Assembly (NCBI GenBank): GCA_024408085.1 | Contig: JAKSVH010000002.1 | Location: 43,613 to 107,612, forward strand | Length of the DNA stretch: 64,000 bases | DNA from: Bacilli bacterium | Lineage (GTDB): Bacteria > Bacillota_I > Bacilli_A > RFN20 > CAG-826 | Direction: 5' to 3' | Shown: one piece after another, positions 32,086 to 41,668 of the stretch | Layout of the letters: each line of letters starts with the position of its first letter | Numbering within the stretch: the stretch's first letter is position 1 | Program-made: the position numbers and the translations under genes | Notes under the pieces: generated by a model | Told to the model about the DNA's origin: nothing | Seen by the model: only the letters and a program-made list of their open reading frames with translations | Database searches by the model: none

Positions 32086-32427
32086 TTATTTAGTTATTAA
32101 AAATGCGATGAGTCCTACTAAAAATGTTATGATCCCACTTGCTAAAAGTGGATAGAAAATAGCCCAAGCTTTATTTACTACTTCATCAGGAAGTGGATTG
32201 TCCCAATCATGTAGCTTGTGTCTTTTCCAACCTCTATACAAGTCTTGGATTATAAATCCAACTAGTGAGCAAAAAACACCACCAAAGATCATAAAATACC
32301 ATGAATATTTAAGTGGCCAATTTGGTTCTCCAACTAAGTAGAAAATAGCGAGCCCAACGCCAACTAAAACGCCTACTCCTAACAAGATGAATAAGTAGTT
32401 GTACCATTTCTTTGCAGCGTTCTTCAT
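32086..32427 (-). CDS. small 3-TM membrane protein
   Basis: 113 aa, hydrophobic. Confidence 0.4.
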   Translation of the reverse strand: MKNAAKKWYNYLFILLGVGVLVGVGLAIFYLVGEPNWPLKYSWYFMIFGGVFCSLVGFIIQDLYRGWKRHKLHDWDNPLPDEVVNKAWAIFYPLLASGIITFLVGLIAFLITK

Positions 32428-32454
32428 ATGTGATAATTCTATTACATATCTTGT

Positions 32455-33387
32455 TTGATTAAAACAAAATACTTAACTATACTTATTAGCAAGATGCGTA
32501 ACAAAAATTTGAAAGAAAACAAATTTAAAAGAGCGCTTGCTTTACCTGTGCGCGGAATTATTAAAAAGATTTCGCCTGTTTGCTATGTGAAGATGCAATA
32601 CAAATACATCACACATCACAAGCTCAATCTTAAAAATCCGGTTAGATACACAGAAAAGCTTCAATATTTAAGGTTGTTCACTTATCCAAAAGATGAACTT
32701 GTAATCAAATGTGCTTCTAGAGATGGGGTTAGAGAATTTGTAAAAGAAAATGGACTTGAAGAAATCCTAATTCCTATTTATGGCATCTATGATTCCTTTG
32801 ATGAAATTAATTTTGATGAACTTCCAGATCAATTCGTTATGAAATGCACTCATGCTTGTGCATTTAACGAAATTGTTCTGGACAAACATAATATTAATAA
32901 GAAAGAACTACGCGCAAAGTTCAACAAATGGTTAAAAACAAATTATGGAAAGAAAACTGTTGAACTCCACTACTCCAAAATAAAACCAAGAATTATTATT
33001 GAAAAATACATTGGTGAATTAGACTCTCTTCCGGTCGAATATAAGATTCATGTATTCAATGGAAAAGCTAGATCAATGTATGTTGTCTCAGGTCGCGGAA
33101 AAGACATTCGCTACGACAACTTCTACATTGACTGGAAACCATTTGATGGCTCTCAATTCAATGGTTGGAAGAAATCAGAAATCCCCCCAAAATCTCCAGT
33201 AAATTGGGAAAATATGCGTGAAATCGCGGAAATTTTAGGAAAGAAGTTCCCGTTCGTCAGGGTCGATTTATATAACATCAATGGAAAGATTTATTTCTCA
33301 GAATTAACCTTCACTCCAGCAAAAGGCACACTCATCATGGATGATGACAAGTGTGACTTAGAAATGGGTGAATGGTTATCTATTTAA
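32455..33387 (+). CDS. TupA-like ATP-grasp protein (surface polysaccharide / teichuronopeptide-type)
   Basis: The N-terminal ...LNLKNPVRYTEKLQYLRLF... matches the hallmark LNL.NP.TFNEKIQWLKLY motif of the ATP-grasp_TupA family. About 310 aa, which is typical. Confidence 0.55.
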   Translation: MIKTKYLTILISKMRNKNLKENKFKRALALPVRGIIKKISPVCYVKMQYKYITHHKLNLKNPVRYTEKLQYLRLFTYPKDELVIKCASRDGVREFVKENGLEEILIPIYGIYDSFDEINFDELPDQFVMKCTHACAFNEIVLDKHNINKKELRAKFNKWLKTNYGKKTVELHYSKIKPRIIIEKYIGELDSLPVEYKIHVFNGKARSMYVVSGRGKDIRYDNFYIDWKPFDGSQFNGWKKSEIPPKSPVNWENMREIAEILGKKFPFVRVDLYNINGKIYFSELTFTPAKGTLIMDDDKCDLEMGEWLSI

Positions 33388-34192
33388 CCCAAGTAGAATT
33401 ACCGAAGAAGACCTCGTAAAGCATAAGTGCTAAGTGGTCTTTTTCTTTATCGGTTCTATCGTCAGTTAAATTGTATAAAGCAAGTGTTGGATCAATACAT
33501 TCCCATCTAATCTCATATGCGACTGTGTCTTCAAGTCTAAATTTGTTATCAACCTTTGTTTGATCAATATAGAACGAAACAAGATTTGTTCTTGATTGGA
33601 AATCTGTATTTACTAAAACATCATTTAATGTATAAATGTGTTTATCGTACATTCCTCCTGCACTTTGAGTGTAGAAACAAATAGTAAAGTTGAAGTAAAT
33701 TTCCTTCATTAAAGGATTTTCAAGAGTTGTGCCGCCTCTACAAGAGAATGCAAAGTAATCGCAATGTTTCATTGTAAGAGGAAGTTTAGCTGCAAAGCCA
33801 ACTTTATCTAACTGAGCTCTGCTCTTTTGATATAAGCCTTCACAACGAACTCTTCCATCATAGAGTTTTGAAATAGCGCCTTGTTTAAATCCTTCATCCA
33901 CAAGTGCAAGATTGTTGTTATAACTCCAAAGTTTTTCTTTTTCAGCGTATTCCCATTGAAGCCCACCTACATCTTCAGCGTGAAGATATTTCAAGCCATC
34001 ATGAGAATGTAACTCCAAAGGAGTTTCTTCGATTTCTTTCGCAATTTGGAAATTTCTTGTGTCTTCCTTCAAATAATAATTTGAATAAAAATATGGAGAT
34101 TCATAAGCACCACGCTTATAAAGTTTGTCGGTCTTGCTACAACCACATAAAGTGATTGCTATAAGTGGAAGTAAAATATGTTTCATTTTCAT
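33380..34192 (-). CDS. lipoprotein, unknown function
   Basis: MKMKHILLPLIAITLCGCSK lipobox. 270 aa. Confidence 0.5.
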   Translation of the reverse strand: MKMKHILLPLIAITLCGCSKTDKLYKRGAYESPYFYSNYYLKEDTRNFQIAKEIEETPLELHSHDGLKYLHAEDVGGLQWEYAEKEKLWSYNNNLALVDEGFKQGAISKLYDGRVRCEGLYQKSRAQLDKVGFAAKLPLTMKHCDYFAFSCRGGTTLENPLMKEIYFNFTICFYTQSAGGMYDKHIYTLNDVLVNTDFQSRTNLVSFYIDQTKVDNKFRLEDTVAYEIRWECIDPTLALYNLTDDRTDKEKDHLALMLYEVFFGNSTWVK

Positions 34193-35580
34193 AAGCTAAC
34201 ATCCTCCACTTTTTCTGCAACTTGAGCTTCTTTGTTTGGAACAAAATAAGTAAAACCAAACAAGAATAAAGCTAGCATAAATGGAACACTTCTTAAGAAG
34301 GCACCATAAATTTCTGAATGATGAGGTTCAACTTTAATGTTGTAACCAAATGATGCATAAAGCATGAATGCAACAAGCATCATAACAACAGCATTCTTTA
34401 GGAATGCTGAATCTTTTGCGTCTCTAATATAACGAACCACAAAAACGAACATTGCAGCGAAGAATCCTAATACAAGGAATGCTCCAATTAAACCAACTTC
34501 TTTGATTATTTCATATTCAAAGATAAGTGTTGGTTCATAAACAATTGCAGCTAATCCAGCTTCTCCAATTAGTGGAGCAGAAGCATGATTAATATCAAAT
34601 CCAAACAATGTAAATGGTAAACCATTACTGTCTTTTGCAAATGCACCAATCAATGTATTTGAGGCTGGCCTCATAACAAAGTTGTCTCTAAGCAATCTAT
34701 TCAAGATTCCTGGGAACTTAAATCCAATTCCTGCATTGATAATTGTGAGCAAATAAAAGATAACTCCAGCGCCTACAATTACAACAACACATATGGAAAG
34801 AATATTAACAACAAGCTTCTTTTCTTTAAGGAACTTGTACACAAATGCAAAGATTGAAGCAATTACCAAGAAGATTAAAGCTCTCCAATTTGGGACTAAA
34901 AGAATTGATGCTAAACCAACTCCTCCAATAACTGCAGAGCAAATAAATAAGTTTCTGTTTTCTTTTACTTTTATAAATAAAAGTGCTGGCAAAAATACAG
35001 CGCAAAGAATTGCAAAGAATCCACCATATTCAACTGAGACTTCAGTAATTCTAAATCCCATCAACCAACCCATCTCAGTTGTTACATCATAGGCTGTTCC
35101 TTCATAGAAGTAGATTGGTTTTGCTCTATGGATCATTGAATAGAAAGGTCCATATTGGAACAATGTGATAATTGCTCCCACAAATGTTATTGCCGCTAAA
35201 CCAAAACCAATCGCAATAACAACATTCTCCATTTTCATGTTTCCAAGTCTTCTCGCAAAGAAACCTAATGAGAAGAATGCTGGAAGTGCAAAGAATGTTG
35301 CAATATTGCTAAGCATTGAAACTTGATGGGAGAATCCACCAAATGCAGCAATTCCAGAAATAATAAATAAGCCAGCAACCATTGGTGCTAACTTAATAAA
35401 ATCTTTTTTGTCATTGTTGGTGAAAAACGCAAAAACAAAAGCACAAATTGAGAGTACTGCTGTGATTAAATAGAAGACTTCATTGATGTTTGCAAATGTA
35501 AAAGAAACCAATGCCATGATTTCTAAAATTAGAAAGAAGACAATTGATTTGTATTGCTTGAAGAAGCCTTTAGCGTTCAT
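34189..35580 (-). CDS. large polytopic membrane protein (10 or more TM), possibly a Wzy/ligase-like polymer-handling protein
   Basis: 463 aa, very hydrophobic. 4-nt overlap with the downstream lipoprotein gene. Confidence 0.45.
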   Translation of the reverse strand: MNAKGFFKQYKSIVFFLILEIMALVSFTFANINEVFYLITAVLSICAFVFAFFTNNDKKDFIKLAPMVAGLFIISGIAAFGGFSHQVSMLSNIATFFALPAFFSLGFFARRLGNMKMENVVIAIGFGLAAITFVGAIITLFQYGPFYSMIHRAKPIYFYEGTAYDVTTEMGWLMGFRITEVSVEYGGFFAILCAVFLPALLFIKVKENRNLFICSAVIGGVGLASILLVPNWRALIFLVIASIFAFVYKFLKEKKLVVNILSICVVVIVGAGVIFYLLTIINAGIGFKFPGILNRLLRDNFVMRPASNTLIGAFAKDSNGLPFTLFGFDINHASAPLIGEAGLAAIVYEPTLIFEYEIIKEVGLIGAFLVLGFFAAMFVFVVRYIRDAKDSAFLKNAVVMMLVAFMLYASFGYNIKVEPHHSEIYGAFLRSVPFMLALFLFGFTYFVPNKEAQVAEKVEDVSL

Positions 35581-35593
35581 AGGTCTATTATAC

Positions 35594-36082
35594 TCACTTA
35601 TGGTAGGTTTCGTTATTCAAAATTTTAAATGCTCTATAAATTTGCTCCAACAAAATGAGTCTTGTCATCTGGTGCAAATATGTGAGTTTTGACAGAGATA
35701 TTGAGGAATTGCAGCGTTTTTTAAGGTTTTCAGAGAGTCCATACGAACCACCGATAACGAAAGAAATTGATGATCCGCCTTCTACAAATTTTTGTTGAAT
35801 GAATTCTGCAAATTCTTCTGATGTTGGTTCCTTTTTGTTGAGGTCTAATCCAATAAGGTAATCGTTTTTGACAAGTTTTAAAACGCGGTCACCTTCTTCA
35901 TTTTTTGCCTTTGTGATATCAAATTCATTTGGGTTGTCTTTTACCTTTGAATCTGCAACTTCAATAATTTCTGTTTTAGCGTATGCAGAAAGACGTTTAA
36001 TGTATTCAGCAATTCCGTCTTTCAGATATTGTTCTTTAATTTTTCCAATGCAATAAATTTTGATATTCATATTATTTTTCAA
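35594..36082 (-). CDS. rlmH: 23S rRNA (pseudouridine1915-N3)-methyltransferase
   Basis: 162 aa SPOUT protein (MNIKIYCIGKIKEQYL...). YbeA/RlmH family. Confidence 0.85.
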   Translation of the reverse strand: MKNNMNIKIYCIGKIKEQYLKDGIAEYIKRLSAYAKTEIIEVADSKVKDNPNEFDITKAKNEEGDRVLKLVKNDYLIGLDLNKKEPTSEEFAEFIQQKFVEGGSSISFVIGGSYGLSENLKKRCNSSISLSKLTYLHQMTRLILLEQIYRAFKILNNETYHK

Positions 36083-37076
36083 TCTCTTCCATATAACTAA
36101 CTGCTAAATCATAAGCATCAACTGGTTCTTCTGCTGGATAATTACATAATACCACAACAGATGTTCCTGTTTTAATATTTGTTCTTAATGAACAATTATA
36201 TTGGTTAACAGCACCTGAATGCCAGAAAACATTATTGTTATTTTCAATAATCCATCCCATTCCCACTTGATTTACTTTTGTATATTGCAAAATTGGAGTG
36301 GTTGCAAGATGAATAAAGTCAACATCCTGTCTTAAGACAGTCTGAGCATAAATCAAGATATCACTAAGTGTTGAAGAAAAACCACCTGCTGCAATAAAAA
36401 CATCGTCTTCGGTCCATTCCCAAGCACCTCTAAAACCAACAGTGTAGTTAATGCCGGTGTTGTTCATTCCAAATTCTTTAAACAAGTTCATTGCGAGTGA
36501 ATAATAAGATTGGTTATAAAGTTTTTCTAATACAACTCCAAGAACAGCCATTCCAAAATTTGAATATTCAACTTTATATTTGTCTTTTTGTTCACATGAA
36601 AATGACTTCATATCATCAATTAACACAGAAGAAGTCACTCCATAAAGCGGGTTAACAATTCCTTTGCTGTCACCGAGGTGATGCTCAGGTAAATATTTGC
36701 CATAAGCTGATGAGTGAGTACACAATTCTTTTATGGAAGGATCATATGAAAATCCGCTTCCTAAAATTGAAGAAATTCTGCTGTTCAAAGTTATTTTATT
36801 TTCAAGTATTGCACGAGCTACCAAGTAACCGGTGATCGTCTTTGAAACTGAGCCAATTTCAAAGTGTGGTTCAACATCAACATGTTCGAGAATTTGCGCA
36901 TTTTCCCCGTAAAAAATCGAATATTTTTCATTGTTTTTGATTGAACCAACTGCAACACAAACATCATTTTTGTCTTTAGTAAATTCTTTTATTAGTTCAT
37001 TGAAAGGTTGATGTTTTGCGCAACCAAAAAGAAGGGAAACAGAAGATAAATAAATGAGCGAATTTTTTAATCTCAT
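36072..37076 (-). CDS. serine hydrolase of the beta-lactamase / penicillin-binding-protein superfamily (lipoprotein)
   Basis: SVSKT (SxxK) active-site motif. The start was moved to the internal Met (MRLKNSLIYLSSVSLLFGC), because the ORF-track 5' extension to 37166 overlaps the 3' end of tmRNA. Confidence 0.65.
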   Translation of the reverse strand: MRLKNSLIYLSSVSLLFGCAKHQPFNELIKEFTKDKNDVCVAVGSIKNNEKYSIFYGENAQILEHVDVEPHFEIGSVSKTITGYLVARAILENKITLNSRISSILGSGFSYDPSIKELCTHSSAYGKYLPEHHLGDSKGIVNPLYGVTSSVLIDDMKSFSCEQKDKYKVEYSNFGMAVLGVVLEKLYNQSYYSLAMNLFKEFGMNNTGINYTVGFRGAWEWTEDDVFIAAGGFSSTLSDILIYAQTVLRQDVDFIHLATTPILQYTKVNQVGMGWIIENNNNVFWHSGAVNQYNCSLRTNIKTGTSVVVLCNYPAEEPVDAYDLAVSYMEEIEK

Positions 37077-37109
37077 AATTAATATAAATATTACACTATT
37101 CATGATAAA

Positions 37110-37140
37110 ATAAAAACTCCCAAATGGGAGTATTATTTTC
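37110..37140 (-). terminator. rho-independent terminator of ssrA
   Basis: The minus strand reads ACUCCC-AUUU-GGGAGU followed by UUUUUAUUUUAU. Confidence 0.6.
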
Positions 37141-37142
37141 AT

Positions 37143-37537
37143 TGGTGGAGTCGGCGGGAATTGCACCCGTGTCCAGAGAGGGCCCCACAGTAACGTCTAC
37201 AGCTTAGACGATATTTGTAATTTAACGAAGCATCGCATATCGTAGTTATCTTCGCGAGACTTATTGGATTTCGGTGAACTTTAGCAAGTCAACTATGTCT
37301 TCCTATCCTTTTGGTATGACACCGTACCTAGACGTGAAAGGAATAAAACTCTAGGGAGTGCTCTGTCCGGCGAACTATGCGTCGGTCTCTATGTCGAGTA
37401 GCTTATGCTAAGCAGAGAGATTGTGCTCTTGGAGCACGCATATAACTGTTGTCAGTTATTTTGTTTTGGTATTTGTGGTTACCAGCCAGCTGCAGTCACT
37501 GCCAGGCAATCGACCCTGTCGAAACTAAGTCGACCCC
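37143..37537 (-). ncRNA. ssrA: transfer-messenger RNA (tmRNA, SsrA)
   Basis: The minus strand begins GGGGUCGACUUAGUUUCGACAGGG (the acceptor-arm 5' consensus GGGG...GAUUCGACGGG). It ends GGACACGGGUGCAAUUCCCGCCGACUCCACCA (T-arm GGUUCGAAUCC-like sequence plus CCA). About 395 nt. Confidence 0.85.
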
Positions 37538-37640
37538 ATTTGCGAGAAGTATAATATCATACGTAATTAGCAAAATAAATATTCTTTTAGAAATTTATGA
37601 TTTTAATTGTGAAAAAAGTTTGTTATTATATACCTCGCTT

Positions 37641-38594
37641 ATGAAAACATTTAAATTAATTCTCAAGAGCTTAATTAGCAATAACGCGTGTATCGAAGGT
37701 GGACGCAAAAAACCATGGTACTTTGCTGCAATTATGTTCTTTCTCTCTATGATTTTTGCAATTCTTCCTTTGTTTGTTCAAACAATGAACACTAAAGGTG
37801 ATGATGTTTTTGCAAACTATGCCTATGGCGCAGATGTTGCAACACTCAGATTTAATGAACATCTTGAAAATGAAGGTCTTAAGATGTACGTCAAAACATC
37901 TGGCGAAACAAAGTTTATCTCTTGTGAAGACAGTGCTGGATTAGCAAAGAATGATGATTTCCACCACTACCTTCCAGATGGCGTTACACCAGATTTCAAC
38001 ATCTATTACAGATCAGAAATGAACCAAGAAGAATTTAATATTTTACTTGGAGATCAAAAAACAAGCACAATCTTCTTCTATCAAGATAGAATCATTCTTC
38101 ATTTAGTAAACGTTGAAACAAAAGCAGTTATCAAAGATATGGTTTGTCAAAATGCTGCTAAATATATGGAAGAAGGTAGATCAGTTAATGACTTGCTTTC
38201 TAAAGAAACAGACGCAACAGTAAGATTGAATGAAACATTTGCTAACTGGAAACTCTTTATTAGAGATGCATACAATTTCACAAGACTTACAGCAGTCTGG
38301 CAAACATGCGCAATCATGGGTGGAATTAACGCAGGTATTACATTATTCATGGGTCTTATGATTTTCATCCTTACCAGAGGCAAAAACAATCCATATAGAT
38401 TATTTAATCTATGGGAAACTCAAAAGATGTCTTGGTGGGCTGCAATTACTCCATCAATCCTTGCTCTTGGCTTAGGATTCTTAATTCCAAGATTTGCAAA
38501 TATTCTCTTCCCAATGTTAATTGGTATCCGTGTAATGTGGTTATCAATGAAGTCACTTAGACCAGACGGAAGCGGATACGCTGAAAGTAACTAA
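37641..38594 (+). CDS. membrane protein, unknown function
   Basis: The start was moved to ATG 37641 (MKTFKLILKSL...), because the ORF-track start at 37449 lies inside ssrA. Several TM helices. Confidence 0.45.
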   Translation: MKTFKLILKSLISNNACIEGGRKKPWYFAAIMFFLSMIFAILPLFVQTMNTKGDDVFANYAYGADVATLRFNEHLENEGLKMYVKTSGETKFISCEDSAGLAKNDDFHHYLPDGVTPDFNIYYRSEMNQEEFNILLGDQKTSTIFFYQDRIILHLVNVETKAVIKDMVCQNAAKYMEEGRSVNDLLSKETDATVRLNETFANWKLFIRDAYNFTRLTAVWQTCAIMGGINAGITLFMGLMIFILTRGKNNPYRLFNLWETQKMSWWAAITPSILALGLGFLIPRFANILFPMLIGIRVMWLSMKSLRPDGSGYAESN

Positions 38595-38596
38595 AA

Positions 38597-38623
38597 TAAA
38601 AACTGGCTTTGGCCAGTTTTTTT
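38597..38623. terminator. bidirectional terminator AAAACTGGC-TTTG-GCCAGTTTT
   Basis: 9-bp stem with A-run and T-run flanks. Sits between convergent genes. Confidence 0.55.
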
Positions 38624-38954
38624 AATCTCCGTAATCAGATCCGCGGGACTTGTCTTCATAGAAGACTTTGACCGCATCTGTTATATCCACAAACTCTCTT
38701 AAGATAGACTCTCCATAATCAAGGAATGGATTTTCGAAGTCATAGACGAATGCAATATGTTTATTTGCTTTTATTTGTCTATGAATTTCTTCCACTACTT
38801 TTAGATAGTTTTCTGGATAACGTTCTTGAAGACCCATAAGTTGAGTGTAGAACGCTGGTTCAATATAGAACTCATTTCCTTCAACTGTTTGGAATTTCTT
38901 CACAAACTTGTTGTCAGTTATTTCTTTATAGTTTTCAAATTCTTCGTAATTCAT
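38622..38954 (-). CDS. hypothetical cytosolic protein (110 aa)
   Basis: No motif recognised. 4-nt overlap with the upstream MBL-fold gene. Confidence 0.4.
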   Translation of the reverse strand: MNYEEFENYKEITDNKFVKKFQTVEGNEFYIEPAFYTQLMGLQERYPENYLKVVEEIHRQIKANKHIAFVYDFENPFLDYGESILREFVDITDAVKVFYEDKSRGSDYGD

Positions 38955-39697
38955 TGTTTGCCTCCAACAACCATCTCATGTTGGTTTGCGCATATTAATC
39001 TTATATTCTTGAGTGATACTTTTGCAATTTTAAATATCTTTTTATGAGTCTTGAGACACACTTCTGGAGAGTTGGCCTCCTCTGATAAGTGAGCAAGAAT
39101 TATGTCTTTTGTTTTTGGCCCAACAAGCTTCACTAAATAGTTAGCAGATTGAGTGTTTGACATATGTCCTTTATCAGATAAAATTCTACGTTTTAGAAGA
39201 TATGGTCTATTGGTGTTCCAGAGCATCTCTTCATCATGGTTTGACTCAAACACGTAATAGTCTGCGTTTTTCAATTTTAACAGGGTTTTTGCGGGGATTT
39301 TCCCAGAATCTGTGAGATAAACGAGCTTTTCAGTTTTGTTCTTAATCACAAATCCAAGTGGGTTTTTAACGTCGTGAGAAGTTGATACTGGGGTTATTTC
39401 TAAATGACCAATTTTGAACTTCTCATACGGTAGAATTTCTACAACGTTTGGAGCGTCATAAGTTTCTTTTGTACAATAGATTGGAAGCGGGTCTAAATAC
39501 TTAATTCCTGCTGTGTGATCACTGTGTTCATGAGTAAGTAACATTGCTTCAATATCAATTAAGTTTTTACCAATAGAGTTACACGCTGCTTTAAGATCTC
39601 TAAGACAAATTCCCATATCAATTAAAAGAAGGCGACCCTCATCATAAATAAGAGTCGCGTTTCCTTTTGATCCTGATTTGACTAGTAGGATTTTCAT
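38951..39697 (-). CDS. MBL-fold metallo-hydrolase
   Basis: HEHSDH (HxHxDH) motif. 248 aa. 4-nt overlap with dnaB. Confidence 0.75.
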   Translation of the reverse strand: MKILLVKSGSKGNATLIYDEGRLLLIDMGICLRDLKAACNSIGKNLIDIEAMLLTHEHSDHTAGIKYLDPLPIYCTKETYDAPNVVEILPYEKFKIGHLEITPVSTSHDVKNPLGFVIKNKTEKLVYLTDSGKIPAKTLLKLKNADYYVFESNHDEEMLWNTNRPYLLKRRILSDKGHMSNTQSANYLVKLVGPKTKDIILAHLSEEANSPEVCLKTHKKIFKIAKVSLKNIRLICANQHEMVVGGKQ

Positions 39698-41199
39698 GAA
39701 TCCCTTCTCATGTATTGAACACGTTCTTCATCAAGCTTTTCGACTTGTTCGTCAGCTTCTAGAGAAAGTGTATCGAAACGACAGTAGTCTTTTCTAAATA
39801 AGAATTGAACTTTTCCTTGTTTTCCAGAACGGTTCTTACGAACAAAGAGTGTAACGAGTTTGGAATCTGGGCCAGCACCTGCTACTTTCTTTTGTGCTTC
39901 GTTGACCTTTTCATCTTGTTTTTGGAAGACGTTCTTTGGTTTTCCGTCATTATTTTGTGGATTTTCTGAACTTGATTTTGGTTCATAAAGCATCAAGACA
40001 ATATCAGCATCTTGTTCAATAGAACCAGATTCACGAAGGTCAGATAATTGTGGTTCTGCATCACCACCTGAACGTTGTTCAATGTTACGGTTAAGTTGTG
40101 CGACACCAAGAATTGGAACTTTTAAATCCAATGCAAGTTTCTTGAGTGTTTGTGAAATCATCTGAACTTCGAGTTGTCTTGATTCTGATTTTGTTTTGGT
40201 TGTTGTGGTGACTAAACCAATGTAGTCAACAACAATAAGTCCAAGATCTGGTTCTTTTGCTTTTAATTTACGGCATTTTGCGACCAAATCTAAGAGTTTG
40301 ATACCAGAGGTATCGTCAATATAAATTTTACGTTTAGCAAGTCTATTGCAAGATTCACCTAATTTGTATCTAATTGAATCATTTAATCCAAAACCTGTAA
40401 TAAGGCTATCAAACTTAACGTTTGCATCAGCAGACACTAAACGTTTGAAAAGCATTGTAGCAGGCATTTCTAATGAGAAATATGCAACAGGAACATCATG
40501 AGCTGCAGCATTATATGCTAAGTTAAGAGAAAGTGCTGTTTTACCAACGCCTGGACGAGCTGCAAGAATAATTAATTCACCTGGTTGGAAACCGTGTGTC
40601 AAAATGTTCAATTTTGAATAACCGGTTGGTGTACCGGTAACTGTGTCATCGCTTGTTGCAGTCTTTAAATTCCTTAATTCTTCATCTAACTTACTTGCAA
40701 CTTGGTCAGCTCTTTGGAAGTCGCCAATTCTACGTTTTTCAGTGACATCTGTGATCTTCTTTTCACTTTGTGAAAGGAATTCACTGATTTCATTAATATC
40801 TTTTGTGTAGTAAGTATTTGAAATGTCATCAAGTGTCTTTAAGAATCTTCTTAAGATTGATTGGTCTTGGACAATTTTTACATAACTATCAAAGTTCTCA
40901 AATGTAACAATTGCATCTGCAAGTTCGAGTAAATATTCAGGAGCACCTGAAATTTCTAATTCTTTTGAATTAATAAGTTCGTTTGTAATTGTTTGTGGAT
41001 CAATTACTTCCCCACGATTATACAAACGATACATTGCACCAAAAATAGCACGGTGATTTTTATTTTCTGGAAAGAAATCTTCAACGTCTAATTTTGCAAC
41101 AGCTTCCGAAACTTTGCTTGAGGAGCGAATCATTGCACCTAAAACAGCTTTTTCAGCTTCAGTATTGTGTGGTAATTGTTTTTCTTGTGCCATTTTCAT
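39694..41199 (-). CDS. dnaB: replicative DNA helicase (DnaB family; DnaC in Bacillus nomenclature)
   Basis: Walker A motif ARPGVGKTALSLNLAYNAA and the EQDADIV motif. Order gdpP-rplI-dnaB. Carries a low-complexity insertion of about 40 aa and a C-terminal extension. Confidence 0.9.
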   Translation of the reverse strand: MKMAQEKQLPHNTEAEKAVLGAMIRSSSKVSEAVAKLDVEDFFPENKNHRAIFGAMYRLYNRGEVIDPQTITNELINSKELEISGAPEYLLELADAIVTFENFDSYVKIVQDQSILRRFLKTLDDISNTYYTKDINEISEFLSQSEKKITDVTEKRRIGDFQRADQVASKLDEELRNLKTATSDDTVTGTPTGYSKLNILTHGFQPGELIILAARPGVGKTALSLNLAYNAAAHDVPVAYFSLEMPATMLFKRLVSADANVKFDSLITGFGLNDSIRYKLGESCNRLAKRKIYIDDTSGIKLLDLVAKCRKLKAKEPDLGLIVVDYIGLVTTTTKTKSESRQLEVQMISQTLKKLALDLKVPILGVAQLNRNIEQRSGGDAEPQLSDLRESGSIEQDADIVLMLYEPKSSSENPQNNDGKPKNVFQKQDEKVNEAQKKVAGAGPDSKLVTLFVRKNRSGKQGKVQFLFRKDYCRFDTLSLEADEQVEKLDEERVQYMRRDS

Positions 41200-41204
41200 T
41201 CCTC

Positions 41205-41654
41205 CTATTTCTTCTCGTTAACATGGACTGTGACAGTTCCAATAATTCCTTTGAATAGTTCGATTTTTAGTTTGCTATAACCGAAGTGATCAACAGCCAT
41301 CTTTTCAATGAATTTTCTTTTATCAATTTCAATGCCGTGTTTGGCTTTGAGTTCTTCTTCAATTTGCTTGGTTGAGATAGTCCCAAACATTCTTCCATCG
41401 CCGCTTCCTTTGGCATCAAACTCAACAACGATATTTTCTAATTTAGCCGCGATTTCACGGGCATTTTCCTTCATTTTCTCAATGTTTTCTGCTTCAACAC
41501 GTTTTTGTTCAGCGAGGATTTCCATAGCCTTTCCGGATTGCATAACTGCTAGTCCGTGAGGTAACAAAAAGTTGTTTGCATAACCGTCTTTAACTTCAAC
41601 AACATCGGACTTTTTTCCGATGCCTTTTACGTCTTTAAGTAAGATAACTTTCAT
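41205..41654 (-). CDS. rplI: 50S ribosomal protein L9
   Basis: [32 protein letters not shown] is the canonical L9 N-terminus. Confidence 0.9.
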   Translation of the reverse strand: MKVILLKDVKGIGKKSDVVEVKDGYANNFLLPHGLAVMQSGKAMEILAEQKRVEAENIEKMKENAREIAAKLENIVVEFDAKGSGDGRMFGTISTKQIEEELKAKHGIEIDKRKFIEKMAVDHFGYSKLKIELFKGIIGTVTVHVNEKK

Positions 41655-41668
41655 GGTCTTCCTCCCTA

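Noticed and set aside
37449-37640. 5' part of the ORF-track CDS 37449..38594 and the 5' extension (37077..37166) of the serine-hydrolase ORF
   Set aside because: Both overlap the tmRNA gene (37143..37537). Internal Met codons with lipoprotein-like or membrane N-termini give more plausible starts at 37641 and 37076.
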